DNA from: Sedimentisphaerales bacterium
GTDB taxonomy: Bacteria; Planctomycetota; Phycisphaerae; Sedimentisphaerales; SM23-30
DNA length: 64,000 nt
Assembly: GCA_963666285.1 (NCBI GenBank)
Contig: OY762711.1
Strand: one strand, 5' to 3'
Part shown: positions 11,267 to 21,867 of the stretch, piece by piece
Position numbering within the stretch: the stretch's first letter is position 1
How the letters are laid out: the number at the start of each line of letters is the position of its first letter
Position numbers and translations under genes: made by a program
Notes under the pieces: model-generated
The model's input: the letters and a program-made list of their open reading frames with translations, nothing else
What the model was told of the DNA's origin: nothing
The model's database searches: none

Positions 11267-12832
11267 TCACTTCAAAAGGCTTTCACCGGTCATCTCTTCC
11301 GGCTTCTCCAGTCCCATAAGATCCAGGCACGTTGGTACAACATCAGCCAGTCTGCCGCCTTCACGCAGCTTGCTGTTCTTGTGCTCTTCATCCACAATGA
11401 TCAGCGGCACAGGGAAAGTCGTATGAGCGGTATATGGCCCGTTTGTACTCTCATCCCACATCAGCTCCAGGTTGCCGTGGTCCGCTGTTATCAACGCAGA
11501 GCCGCCGAGTGCCTTAACCTTATCGATTACCTTGCCAACACATTCATCAACCACTTCAGCTGCCTTAACCGCTGCATCCATTACGCCTGTATGCCCGACC
11601 ATGTCCGGGTTAGCGAAGTTTACGATAAATACATCGTATTCCTTACTGTCCAGTTTCTCAAGAACGGTATCGCACACCTCATAGGCCGACATCTCAGGTT
11701 TCAGGTCATATGTTTCCACCTTTGGCGATGGTACCAGTATCCTGTCTTCCAGTTCAAATGGATCTTCCTTATTATCATTGAAGAAGAAGGTCACATGAGC
11801 ATATTTTTCTGTCTCGGCACATCTGAACTGTTTCAGCCCATCAACACTTAGCAGTTCACCGGCTATGTTTTTCATCTTCGGCGGCTTGGGAAACGCCACT
11901 TTCGCCGGAATTGTCTTGTCATATTCTGTCATACAGATAAAGTCAACTTCAGGCTTGCTGCCGCGATCGAAACCGTCAAAGTCGGCATCAACAAACGCAC
12001 GTGTCAGTTCGCGAGGCCTGTCACCGCGGAAATTAAAGAATATTACCGCGTCACCATCATCAATTGTGGCGATTGGCTTACCGTCGGCTCCGACAATATT
12101 GGCCGGCTCGATAAATTCATCTGTCTTGCCGTCATCATAACTTGCCTGCATATATTCAATTGCATCTGTTGCAGTGGCACCTTTACCATGACGTATACAG
12201 CTGAACGCTCTTTCTACACGCTCCCATCTCTTGTCACGGTCCATCCCGTAGAATCTGCCGCCGACGGATGCTATTTTTCCGCAGCCGATCTCATCCAGTT
12301 TCGCCTGGATAGCGGTCAAATATCCTTTACCGCTGGTCGGAGGACTGTCGCGACCGTCCATCAGCGGATGAAGATATACTTCTTCCAGCCCGTTATCTTT
12401 ACACATCTGAACGAATGCATACAGGTGACCCAGCAGAGAATGCACTCCGATATCACTGGCAAGCCCGGTCAGATGGAGTTTGCTGCCATTTTTCTTACAA
12501 TTTGCGATCGCATCAAGCACAATCTGGTTCTTCTGGAACTCGCCGTCACGAATTGCCTTGGTCAGACGCACTGATTCCTGGTAAACTACCCGGCCGGCAC
12601 CTATATTCTGATGACCTACTTCACTGTTGCCCATGGTTCCATCTGGCAAACCAACGTCTTCACCGCTGGTCGCGATTAGAACATTTGGGTATTCTGCTCT
12701 AAGTTTGTCATCATAAGGCGTATTTGCTTTACGGGTTGCATCATATTTATACCATTCAGGGTTTGGGTTATGGCCCCAGCCGTCACGGATAATTAGTACA
12801 AAAGGTTTTGTTCTGAGTTTTATTTCTGTCAT
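11267..12832 (-). CDS. gpmI: 2,3-bisphosphoglycerate-independent phosphoglycerate mutase
   Basis: DGWG, MGNSEVGHQNIGAGR, AETEKYAHVTFF, NPDMVGHTG and TADHGN motifs; start placed at MTEIK after a GAGGA RBS. Confidence 0.96.
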   Translation of the reverse strand: MTEIKLRTKPFVLIIRDGWGHNPNPEWYKYDATRKANTPYDDKLRAEYPNVLIATSGEDVGLPDGTMGNSEVGHQNIGAGRVVYQESVRLTKAIRDGEFQKNQIVLDAIANCKKNGSKLHLTGLASDIGVHSLLGHLYAFVQMCKDNGLEEVYLHPLMDGRDSPPTSGKGYLTAIQAKLDEIGCGKIASVGGRFYGMDRDKRWERVERAFSCIRHGKGATATDAIEYMQASYDDGKTDEFIEPANIVGADGKPIATIDDGDAVIFFNFRGDRPRELTRAFVDADFDGFDRGSKPEVDFICMTEYDKTIPAKVAFPKPPKMKNIAGELLSVDGLKQFRCAETEKYAHVTFFFNDNKEDPFELEDRILVPSPKVETYDLKPEMSAYEVCDTVLEKLDSKEYDVFIVNFANPDMVGHTGVMDAAVKAAEVVDECVGKVIDKVKALGGSALITADHGNLELMWDESTNGPYTAHTTFPVPLIIVDEEHKNSKLREGGRLADVVPTCLDLMGLEKPEEMTGESLLK

Positions 12833-12922
12833 ATTATGTTCCTCGTTTCTACTTTCTTCATTTACCCACAATGTTGGTACGTCTTTTATATCGTATGGTG
12901 CTTATTTTCCTGCTATTTACTC

Positions 12923-13125
12923 TTAGTTTACTTTAGCAGTTTTTAAGTTGCAATAACGAAGTGCCTCTGGTAAATCGCCTAAAAGGGCCTTCCCGCAACG
13001 CTTTGAATTAAATGTACTTTCGAGAATTAGCTCGGAAATACATTTAAATATAAAGTTTTTCATTCAAAAGGCCCTGTTCCGGCCTTTGCGTGTAATGTTG
13101 AACAGTCAAAAGTGCGAATCCGCAC
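12923..13125. repeat. Palindromic repeat, family 2, copy A
   Basis: Similar to 16328-16511 and 36464-36544; central stem TTAAATGTA..TACATTTAA, outer stem AGGGCCTT/AAGGCCCT, 3' hairpin GTGCG..CGCAC. Confidence 0.8.
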
Positions 13126-13582
13126 TCTTATTTCAAAAGGTTCAAAATTGTTACTTGTTATATCATATTGTCTTTTCAGAACATACAAACCACGTTAAAA
13201 AAGGTAGTTTGTATTATTTATATTATTTATGGGGTGCCCTCGGGGCAATTTCCCCATATTTTACTGCTCTACAGGACTATTGTCCCTTAGGATTATAGCA
13301 CAAACATTGTATAATAATAGTCGAACGGAAGTTTAAAGTAAAGTATGAGAAAAGTTTGCTAAACAATGGGTATATTTGTACTGATCAGCAGAGGATTATT
13401 ACTTTTAAGTAAGTAAATAACTTTTCCTCACCTAAATATTTGTGAAATCGACAAACATCAATAGCAATTTTCAGAGGTTGCTATAAGTTTTTAACAGCAA
13501 ATGTGTTTTATTTTTGCTCTGATGTTAGAGATTTTCACTGCTGTTTGGTTATAAATTCAAAGGCAAAAGAGAGCAAGAGAGA

Positions 13583-15193
13583 ATGAGAAGTAAAAGATCA
13601 CGGAATCTTTTTAAATGTTATTGGGCTTTGGGGATAATCTTCGTCACTTTATCTCTTATGCCGGTTGTATTCTGCGCGATTGCATCAGCAAATGATATCA
13701 ATTCTGTTAGTGATAATTATATATCATATAACTTTTCTTCCGATTTTAACCTTTATACTGATATTCAACTCGCAAATTCGATATCAAACGATGATATTTC
13801 AAATAATATCTGGCAGCAGGCGCAAACTGCCGTGCAAAATCGTTATCGAACTCATGATATTTTCAGTTTTGTTGACAATATGGATGTCGAACAGTCTTTC
13901 GATTTGCTTTTACAACTGTGGAAACTTGTAACTTATTATTACTATCACGATATCGATCAGTCAACTATGGTAAAAAATGCTTTGGTTGAACTGCAAATTG
14001 CAGCTGAAAGTGATGTGATTAAGCAAAGATATCATCTCTCTGAAGATAATTCTTCTTATCTTGTCTCTGAAATTCAAATCCTTATCGATAAATTGAAAAA
14101 TAAAGATGAAATTGATTACGCATGGCTTAAAATCGAACTGGAAAAAATTTCTAATTGCTGTAAAAAAATAGGTTTAGAAAATTCATGGCCGGTTTTGGAA
14201 ATTATTTTCGGTATCTGTGATAATCTTGATATTTATAGTAATTATCTTTTGCCGCAACGCTATTTTGATATGCTTGACGCGCTCAACGGCAGTTATAAAG
14301 GTATCGGAGTTGATATTATTTTCAGAGATGATAACTATCCGCTTGTTTTTGATGTTGTTGATAACAGTCCGGCGGCAAAAGCTGGTATAAAACCTGGCGA
14401 TTTACTTATCGAACTCGATAATAATTCACTAAAAAACATTGCTGAATACCAATATGACAACTGTTATTTACTGGCTGACGATGATAATTTCTCGATGAAG
14501 ATCAAACGTGACGATAAAACGTTCGAATTTGCTTTGAAAAAAGATAATGTAACGGCGCTGGATGTTAGAAATGTTCAAACATTAATTAACGCAACTACTG
14601 GTTTTATAAGAATTAGCAGTTTTGGTAGAAATACTGCCTCGCAAGTTGATAATGCTTTGAAACAACTTATCGAACAAGGTGCCGAAAGTGTTATTATTGA
14701 TCTTAGAAATAACGGCGGCGGCATGGTTTCTTCTGCTATTGAAACTGCTGATCTGTTTATTAAAGAAGGTAAAATCGTATCACTGAAATCTTATTCCGGC
14801 ATAAAAACTTATATCGCCGGTACCGATAACAAGCAAACTGAAGATATGTCTGTTGTTATCTTGGTTAATAAAGATACTGCTAGCGCTGCTGAGATATTTA
14901 CCGCCGCGCTTAAACAACATAATCGCGCGATTGTTATTGGTAAAACTACTTACGGCAAGGCTGTTGTGCAGACTGTTTATGATTTAGAACATAATGCAGG
15001 CGCTTTAGTATTAACTACTGCTGAATATTTCCCGCCTTCTGGTGAAAGTTTTAATAAAACAGGGATTAAACCTAATATTGAAGTTGTTAATACTGAAAAT
15101 GCGGATATTAATGAGCAAAATCAATCTATTACTGATAGAATTTCTGAGAGTAATCTCGATATTCGCACGGCGCTGAAGTGTTTGAGTAATTAA
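13583..15193 (+). CDS. S41 family C-terminal processing peptidase (CtpA/Prc-like) with PDZ domain
   Basis: GIGV and SPAAKAGIKPGD (PDZ); IIDLRNNGGG, TASAAEI and TYGKAVVQ catalytic motifs; N-terminal signal/anchor. Confidence 0.9.
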   Translation: MRSKRSRNLFKCYWALGIIFVTLSLMPVVFCAIASANDINSVSDNYISYNFSSDFNLYTDIQLANSISNDDISNNIWQQAQTAVQNRYRTHDIFSFVDNMDVEQSFDLLLQLWKLVTYYYYHDIDQSTMVKNALVELQIAAESDVIKQRYHLSEDNSSYLVSEIQILIDKLKNKDEIDYAWLKIELEKISNCCKKIGLENSWPVLEIIFGICDNLDIYSNYLLPQRYFDMLDALNGSYKGIGVDIIFRDDNYPLVFDVVDNSPAAKAGIKPGDLLIELDNNSLKNIAEYQYDNCYLLADDDNFSMKIKRDDKTFEFALKKDNVTALDVRNVQTLINATTGFIRISSFGRNTASQVDNALKQLIEQGAESVIIDLRNNGGGMVSSAIETADLFIKEGKIVSLKSYSGIKTYIAGTDNKQTEDMSVVILVNKDTASAAEIFTAALKQHNRAIVIGKTTYGKAVVQTVYDLEHNAGALVLTTAEYFPPSGESFNKTGIKPNIEVVNTENADINEQNQSITDRISESNLDIRTALKCLSN

Positions 15194-15540
15194 TTCTTCA
15201 TACTTATTATCTCACGTTTGTTTTTCTTTTTTTAATCTTTAGTTTTTATCTTTTTTCATCTCTTCATTTTAAATTTTAAGAGTATTTTTCTTTGTTGCTT
15301 TCTCTTTTTACTTTTAGTTTTTAATTTTTTTATCAATAAAATTGTTATTTCACTAAAAGTTTTTAAACAAAAAGAAGTTTTTTTTTAAGTTTTTTATAAA
15401 AAATGACAATAAAGGTATTGTGAAAGAAAAACGTAGGGAAAGTATGTTTTCATTTACGTTTTGTTGAAGGGGATGAAATTAAGAAGTGTGTTATTTTGAA
15501 AAATGAATATGTTTTATCGTAATTATTGTGATATTTCTTT

Positions 15541-15569
15541 TTGACATAATAATTATTGATAATTAGTAT
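15541..15569 (+). promoter_or_regulatory. Sigma-70 promoter of the histone-H1-like gene
   Basis: TTGACA-N17-TAGTAT. Confidence 0.6.
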
Positions 15570-15639
15570 TAGTGTTTATAGTGATTATTATGTTTTTTTT
15601 ATTACACGTTTACCGTTGCCGGAAGGAGGTAACTCAACC

Positions 15640-15987
15640 ATGGCAGTAAAGAAAAAAGTTAAAAAAGTAGCTAAGAAAGCTGCAAAGAAAGCAGTTAAAA
15701 AGGTAGCTAAGAAAAAGGTAGCTAAGAAAAAGGTAGCTAAGAAAAAGGTAGCTAAGAAACCTGCGGCTAAGAAAGTTGCTAAGAAAAAAGTAGCTAAGAA
15801 GGCTGTAAAGAAAGCAACTAAGAAAGTTGCTAAGAAAAAGGTAGCTAAGAAACCTGCGGCTAAGAAAGTTGCTAAGAAAAAAGTAGCTAAGAAAGCTGTA
15901 AAGAAAGCAACTAAGAAAGTAGCTAAAAAAGCTGTTAAAAAAGTTGCTAAGAAAAAAGTAGCTAAAAAAGCTGCTAAGAAAAAATAA
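15640..15987 (+). CDS. Lys/Ala-rich histone H1-like nucleoid protein (115 aa)
   Basis: Almost entirely K/A/V pentapeptide repeats (VAKKK, PAAKK); GGAGGT RBS before the ATG at 15640. Confidence 0.88.
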   Translation: MAVKKKVKKVAKKAAKKAVKKVAKKKVAKKKVAKKKVAKKPAAKKVAKKKVAKKAVKKATKKVAKKKVAKKPAAKKVAKKKVAKKAVKKATKKVAKKAVKKVAKKKVAKKAAKKK

Positions 15988-16074
15988 TATCAGTTAATCT
16001 GATATAGGATCTTATGGTTTTTGCCGTATTATCCGTTTTAGAAAGCTTGTTCTTTCTAAATTGTAGAGAAATAT

Positions 16075-16118
16075 TAACGGGGTTTCCCATTATGAGTGGG
16101 GGACCCCGTTACTTTTTT
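16075..16118 (+). terminator. Rho-independent terminator
   Basis: TAACGGGG...CCCCGTTA stem plus T-tract. Confidence 0.75.
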
Positions 16119-16327
16119 AAACCATTGCTGTTAAAAATGTTGTGGTGCTATTGTTGTCAGCCATAACATCTTTGATATGTGCAATATGGTTGACATTAGC
16201 TGCTGATAGGGTGTATATTCATAAGAGATATATTGTGAAGCTTGTTTGTATGGTTTTCACTGTATTTTTGATGGCAATTGATGCGAAATTTTTATTATAT
16301 TCGTTTTGATTTGTTTATTTTTACCCT

Positions 16328-16511
16328 TTAGTTAACTATCGCAGTTTTTAAGTTGCATAAATCGCCTAAAAGGGCATTACTGCAACAAAATAAATTAATT
16401 TACTTTCGAGGATTAGATCGGAAATGCAATTAAATGTAAAGTTTTTCATTCACAAGGCCCTGTTTAGACCTTTGCGTGTAATGTTGAACAGTCAAAAGTG
16501 CGAAGTCGCAC
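16328..16511. repeat. Palindromic repeat, family 2, copy B
   Basis: Direct-orientation homolog of 12923-13125. Confidence 0.8.
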
Positions 16512-16566
16512 CTTTACTATCTATAGATAATTTTTTTTTTAATACTTGCTGTTTTAGGAATATATA

Positions 16567-17805
16567 ATGACAAAACAAAGTACGCCTAAGGGAATGCGGC
16601 TGCATATTGGCTTATTTGGCAGGCGAAATGTTGGAAAAAGTTCTCTTTTAAACGCTATTGTCCGTCAATCTGTGTCAATTGTCTCCGATGTTGCCGGCAC
16701 AACTACCGATCCGATCGAAAAACCGATGGAATTATTACCTATCGGACCTGTTCTTTTCGTCGATACCGCCGGGGTTGATGATGTTGGCGACCTCGGAGAG
16801 ATGAGAGTTGAAAAAACTCGTGCTATTTTCAGGCGTACCGAACTTGCTATTATTGTTACTGACGGTCTTTGGGGTACATATGAACGGCAGCTTACTGAGG
16901 AATTGAGTCATTTCAATGTTCCGGTTGTCGCTGTTTTTAATAAAAATGATCTCGCCGTTCCCAATGAAGACGTAATAAATCAGGTCAACGACCAAAAAAT
17001 CGATTTTGTTATCACTTCCGCTCTCAATAACGACGGCATCGACAACCTTCGACAGCTTTTAGTCAAAAAAACTCCTAATGAGTTCCTGAATAACCCTACT
17101 ATTATGGGTGATCTTGTGCCCGCCGGTGAAATGGCAGTGCTTGTTGTACCAATTGACAAGGAAGCGCCCAAAGGCAGACTTATTCTTCCGCAAGTCAACT
17201 GTATTCGGGACCTGCTTGATAATGATGCCTATTGTATGGTGGTAAAAGAACGTGAACTGAGAGAATCTCTCGAACGACTTGCCAAACCGCCCGCAATTGT
17301 TGTCACTGACAGCCAGGCATTCCTCAAAGTTGATGCTGATACTCCGACTGACATCCCGATGACTTCGTTTTCCATTCTTTTTGCGCGTTTTAAAGGAGAT
17401 TTGAATGAATTTGTTGCCGGTGCTGTCAAAATCGACTCACTTAAACCTGGCGATAGAATATTAATTGCCGAAGCTTGTTCTCATCATCCTTCATGCGAAG
17501 ATATTGGCCGGGTTAAAATACCTCGATGGCTCAGGCAGTATGTTGGCGGTGATCTACAGGTTGATGTCATTCAGGGCCATGATTTCCCCGCAGACCTTGC
17601 CGAATATAAACTTATGATCCATTGCGGCGGGTGCATGTTCAATCGCCGTGAAGTACTCAGCAGGATTATGCTGTGCAAACAGGCTGGCATACCCGTTACT
17701 AACTACGGCTTGGCTATCGCCTATTCGCTCGGCATATTCAAGCGAGCACTAAAACCATTCCCCGGCGCTTATGAAATATATCAGCAGCTATTGAAACAAA
17801 ATTAG
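16567..17805 (+). CDS. hydF: [FeFe]-hydrogenase H-cluster maturation GTPase HydF
   Basis: GRRNVGKSS, DTAG, NKND, APKGRLILPQ, EACSHH and HCGGCM motifs. Confidence 0.96.
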   Translation: MTKQSTPKGMRLHIGLFGRRNVGKSSLLNAIVRQSVSIVSDVAGTTTDPIEKPMELLPIGPVLFVDTAGVDDVGDLGEMRVEKTRAIFRRTELAIIVTDGLWGTYERQLTEELSHFNVPVVAVFNKNDLAVPNEDVINQVNDQKIDFVITSALNNDGIDNLRQLLVKKTPNEFLNNPTIMGDLVPAGEMAVLVVPIDKEAPKGRLILPQVNCIRDLLDNDAYCMVVKERELRESLERLAKPPAIVVTDSQAFLKVDADTPTDIPMTSFSILFARFKGDLNEFVAGAVKIDSLKPGDRILIAEACSHHPSCEDIGRVKIPRWLRQYVGGDLQVDVIQGHDFPADLAEYKLMIHCGGCMFNRREVLSRIMLCKQAGIPVTNYGLAIAYSLGIFKRALKPFPGAYEIYQQLLKQN

Positions 17806-17864
17806 TGTTTGTAACTGATATCTCAATACTAATTCTATTCTAGCTGGCCGCCGGTATATTTGTA

Positions 17865-20318
17865 TTATTCGCACTCAAGCCCTAGTGTCGCTGCCGGCAG
17901 CCCGTCTGCCTCTGCCCTAACTGTCACTTTTCCAGCTTGTCGAGTACTTCGCAAAACTATCATGCACTTTCCGTTTCGGGTTGTTTTCTGCTTGCCAACC
18001 CAGGGCTCATCACTGAATATATCACTATTTGCCACTCCTCCCAGCTCTGCATCTCCTTCGACCTCAAAGCGAACCTGCCTGTCAGCATCCGGCACTACAA
18101 CACCGTATTTATCGACTATGCACACATCAATATAACCCAGGTCCAGTCCATTCGCCTTCAAACTCTTTACATCTGGTGTCAATTGTATGGCAGCCGGTTC
18201 TCCTGCCGTTGTCAAATTATGTTCTGCTACTATAATACCATTCCTGCGAGCTACTGCCTTCAGCACACCGGCTTCAAATGGCACCGTCCAATCAGTATAA
18301 GGGTTTTCTCCTATTATATACTCTTTCAAGCCAAGCGATCTGCCGTTCAAAAATAGTTCAACCTCATCGGCATTACTCATAATCTGCACCTCTACATTGC
18401 CATTTCCCCAGTTCCAGTGATCGCTCATAGGGTACCAGCTCCATCTCTTATTCCCGGTATTATTGAAATGCTCCACCAGTTGCCCTTTGCTCTCTTTCAC
18501 CCAGATATGCACCACAGGGTCATCATCATAAAAACACTGGTACAGCGTACCGATAGGAGTTATTTTATCGGTAATATCATAAAATGCTCGTCCCCAGACC
18601 TTTGTCGGCCATACCGATTCACCCAGGTAGTCGGTTGCCGTCCAGTAATAGTGACCAATTACTTTTTCCAGATCAAGCTCCAGCCATGAAATCTTACGTG
18701 TACCAAAGTCAAGATTCGTACTCGTTTCTGAAGCGATAAACATCAACTGCGGAAACCTTTCATAATCTTTGGCAAACATATTACCTGTATAGTTCCAGCT
18801 TACTACATCACTGTAAAATGCCATCTCTGCTGGATTGGAATTGACGAATTTTTCATATTCATCCCAGCAATTCCATTCCATCATACAATTTTCCCTCGCC
18901 GGAAACAGTCCGACCGTTACCTTCCGCGTCGGGTCGAGAGTATGTGTCAGTTCGGTCATTTTCTTGAGTATGCCGACTCCCCGGTCACGGGCGTCTTTAC
19001 GGCTCTCAAATTTCTCATCAAAATTTCCCAACTGCTTCAAAACCTCATTTCCCATACTCCATATATATACCGAGGGATGGTTGCGGTCTCGTTTTATAAA
19101 TTCTGTCAGATCACTTTGCCAGTAGTCACCAAATGGCGCTGCCCCGCCATAATACTGAGATGTCCACTTATCGTATGCCTCATCAAATACCAGAAATCCC
19201 AGCCTGTCCGCCGCATCTAAAAGCACCGGGGCATGCGGGTTATGACTCAATCTAACCGAGTTGCACCCCATTTCCTTTAACAGCAGTAGTTTACGCTCGT
19301 ATCCTTTTGCCAGTGCCGCACTTCCCAGACAGCCAAGGTCATGGTGCATATTGCCGCCTTTAGCTATCACTTTTTTTCCGTTCAGCAGCATCCCCTTATC
19401 CGGCATCATCCGTATCTCGCGAATTCCAATGACTGTTTCGTAAGCATCGACTGGCACAGCGTCTTTATATACCTTCGATTTGACAGTATAAAGATTCGGC
19501 TGATCGCACGACCATAATTGCGGATTGGCAATCTCTATTTCCTGGATAAATTTAATATTTTCACTCCCTCCAAGTGGCCCCGCGGCTGTTGCCTCGGCCG
19601 CTTTTTTACCATTCATATCATATATCTCTGTTACCAGTCTGACATTTTTTTTTACATGGTAGCTATTGTTTACTTCTGTCTCTATCCTTACCAGTGATAA
19701 ATCATTACGAACTATCGGAGTTGTGATATAAGTTCCATATTGTGGGATATATAGCTTGTCAGTAACGACCAGCCGTACATCGCGATAGATTCCTTCACCT
19801 GTATACCATCGCGAGGTATCTTTTGTTGTATTATCATATTTAACGACAATCGTGTTATCTTCGCCATATTTCAATGTGTGAGAAATTTCATATTCGAACC
19901 CCAGGTATCCGTTATTATGATTGCCTAGATAAACGCCATTAACAAAAACATCAGCCGAACGATATACCCCGTCAAACTGGACAAAGACTTTTTTCTCCTT
20001 TGCACCGGCATCAACAAAGAAATGCTTTTTATAACAGCCCTGGCCAAAAGGCAGCCAGCCGTTTGCACTAGTCGATTCTTCCTTACTGAATTTTCCACTT
20101 ATAGCCCCGTCATGCGGCAGCTGAACTTCCTGCCATCTGCTTTCATCTATATTGTCCAATTGTTCCAGATTTGGAGTGCCTTTGGTAAACTTCCAGTCAA
20201 AATTGAAATTCGTTATTTCCCGTCCTTCGGCATTCGCAGTTAAGCTAAGAAATGTAAATATAAGATAGAAAACTGGTAATATGCTGTTTTTTTTGCCGGA
20301 TGATACAGTTTTTTTCAT
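17865..20318 (-). CDS. Secreted glycoside hydrolase family 2 (beta-galactosidase-like)
   Basis: Signal peptide; SRWYTGEGIYR, MHHDLG, RLSHNP and RDRNHPSVYIWSMGNE motifs. Confidence 0.92.
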   Translation of the reverse strand: MKKTVSSGKKNSILPVFYLIFTFLSLTANAEGREITNFNFDWKFTKGTPNLEQLDNIDESRWQEVQLPHDGAISGKFSKEESTSANGWLPFGQGCYKKHFFVDAGAKEKKVFVQFDGVYRSADVFVNGVYLGNHNNGYLGFEYEISHTLKYGEDNTIVVKYDNTTKDTSRWYTGEGIYRDVRLVVTDKLYIPQYGTYITTPIVRNDLSLVRIETEVNNSYHVKKNVRLVTEIYDMNGKKAAEATAAGPLGGSENIKFIQEIEIANPQLWSCDQPNLYTVKSKVYKDAVPVDAYETVIGIREIRMMPDKGMLLNGKKVIAKGGNMHHDLGCLGSAALAKGYERKLLLLKEMGCNSVRLSHNPHAPVLLDAADRLGFLVFDEAYDKWTSQYYGGAAPFGDYWQSDLTEFIKRDRNHPSVYIWSMGNEVLKQLGNFDEKFESRKDARDRGVGILKKMTELTHTLDPTRKVTVGLFPARENCMMEWNCWDEYEKFVNSNPAEMAFYSDVVSWNYTGNMFAKDYERFPQLMFIASETSTNLDFGTRKISWLELDLEKVIGHYYWTATDYLGESVWPTKVWGRAFYDITDKITPIGTLYQCFYDDDPVVHIWVKESKGQLVEHFNNTGNKRWSWYPMSDHWNWGNGNVEVQIMSNADEVELFLNGRSLGLKEYIIGENPYTDWTVPFEAGVLKAVARRNGIIVAEHNLTTAGEPAAIQLTPDVKSLKANGLDLGYIDVCIVDKYGVVVPDADRQVRFEVEGDAELGGVANSDIFSDEPWVGKQKTTRNGKCMIVLRSTRQAGKVTVRAEADGLPAATLGLECE

Positions 20319-20434
20319 TACGAACCTCCTATTGTTAAAAAATGAAAAAAATGATATGTTGCTATTCTAAGTAAACTTCACCACTTATCAAGATAATCCC
20401 TTATCTCTTTTAAACTGGCAATCGGCCGGTTTGA

Positions 20435-21438
20435 CTAAAGATATTTCTGTAGTTGACTGGGAAACTGCTCATAATTAAACAGACTGTCATATTCCACAAG
20501 CCCCGAAAGTGCCCGCGAAAATATTCGATGTTCCTGCTCTTCCAGTATTGCGATTGGGTTCAATCCGCCCACTATCAATGCACCCGATCTGCCCGGCGAT
20601 ACCGGGATATCCAGTACCGACTGGCTTGCCAGGCCTATTTCCATTATTCCGCCCAGGCCCACTTCGACCAGCCGTTCGTTGATATTGATTATACGTTGCC
20701 TGCTCTCGCCCGGTACCTCACGAAAACTCGCCCCTATCAAACCGTTACCGTCATGTATCGCGCCGTGATAATCCGTCATACCGCTTCGGATAAATACCTC
20801 CAGCGGATCTATACTGGTCCCGTCATAATGGATTACCTCCATAAATCGAATTGGCTTGCCATTCTGTAGTTTCAATAATCCGCCGAACCGGGATGCCATC
20901 GGAATCCCGTGTTTCAGCAAAATACCATTAATCGTTATCGAACATACCGTACAAAATCCTACTTTATCTGGTGGTATCGTTATCTCGCCCACTTTCTCGC
21001 CCGGCCCAAACAGTGTCATAAGCCTGCCCATGCCGTAACCCTTTTCAAATACCTTGCATATCTTATGCACGCAGCTCTCCAGCTGATAAGGGTTCACCAG
21101 CGACGTATTCACCACAACGGTACCGCTTCTCATCGGCAGGTCAAGTTCATCCGGTATATCATCTGGTCTATTTTCGCCGAAAGATAACCAGGCTTCTGCA
21201 CTACTTTCGCAGCCTGCAGCTCTGCCAGGCCGTCCTGCGTTATCATTCGGCCTTTCTTTCCGTTCGGCGTCGTCAGGCCTTCTTCATCCAGCTCCTTCAG
21301 ATACAGCCGGACTGTTCGCTCGCTTATATCCGCGCCGCCTATCGCCAGCAGTCTGGTAATCTTTCCCGAACTTACATAATCATTCTGTTCCTTGATAACG
21401 TTTAGAATTGCCAGTTTTTTTTCGCATTTTTTTTGCAT
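20435..21438 (-). pseudogene. nrpR: NrpR nitrogen regulator (wHTH + NRD/DUF128), split by a 1-bp frameshift near 21143
   Basis: ORF 21130-21438 is the HTH (ISERTVRLYLKELDEEG); ORF 20435-21133 is the NRD (TVCSITINGILLKHGIP, GTSIDPLEVF, GGLNP). Adding one T gives YRMNFDLPMRSG. Confidence 0.8.
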
Positions 21439-21458
21439 TTTTTCTCACTTTTTCAATT

Positions 21459-21648
21459 GGCAAATTAGCCGATCATACCTGCTTGACCATGTTTCTTGCC
21501 GCATGTTTGCCAAAAAGGTCGGCAAAATAGGTGCTGAATTTGCCGATATTAAATTTTTTACGGCAATTTTGCCGTATTTGCTCAGGGTAAAATCGTTTGA
21601 CAGTGCTAATATTATATGTTTTATTCATATTTCAGGCAATAGTTTGCC
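21459..21648. promoter_or_regulatory. Cluster of GGCAA/TTGCC palindromes, candidate NrpR operators
   Basis: TACGGCAA-TT-TTGCCGTA (21559-21576), GGCA-N6-TGCC (21635-21648), GGCAAATTAGCC (21459-21470). Confidence 0.5.
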
Positions 21649-21867
21649 GTAAAAATTCTCTCATGCTCTATTGTCATTTGAAACATTGTTATTTCATATT
21701 TACGGGTATTTTGGTATTTGTTGCCCTTATGGTTAAAGTTTTGTGATACGCTGCCTTTAAGTTATGGTCGCGTTATAAATTCCCCTTATACCTGATACCC
21801 AATACTTTTTACCTCTCAAATTGGCCTTAGGTCGCTTTGAGTATATTTAATGAAGGAGTTGGCTATT

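Noticed and set aside
15556..15639. N-terminal extension of the H1-like ORF
   Set aside because: Promoter and GGAGGT RBS place the start at 15640
21500..21730. Sigma-54 promoter for the glutamate-synthase-like gene
   Set aside because: GG/GC spacing is wrong or the consensus match is poor in all candidates
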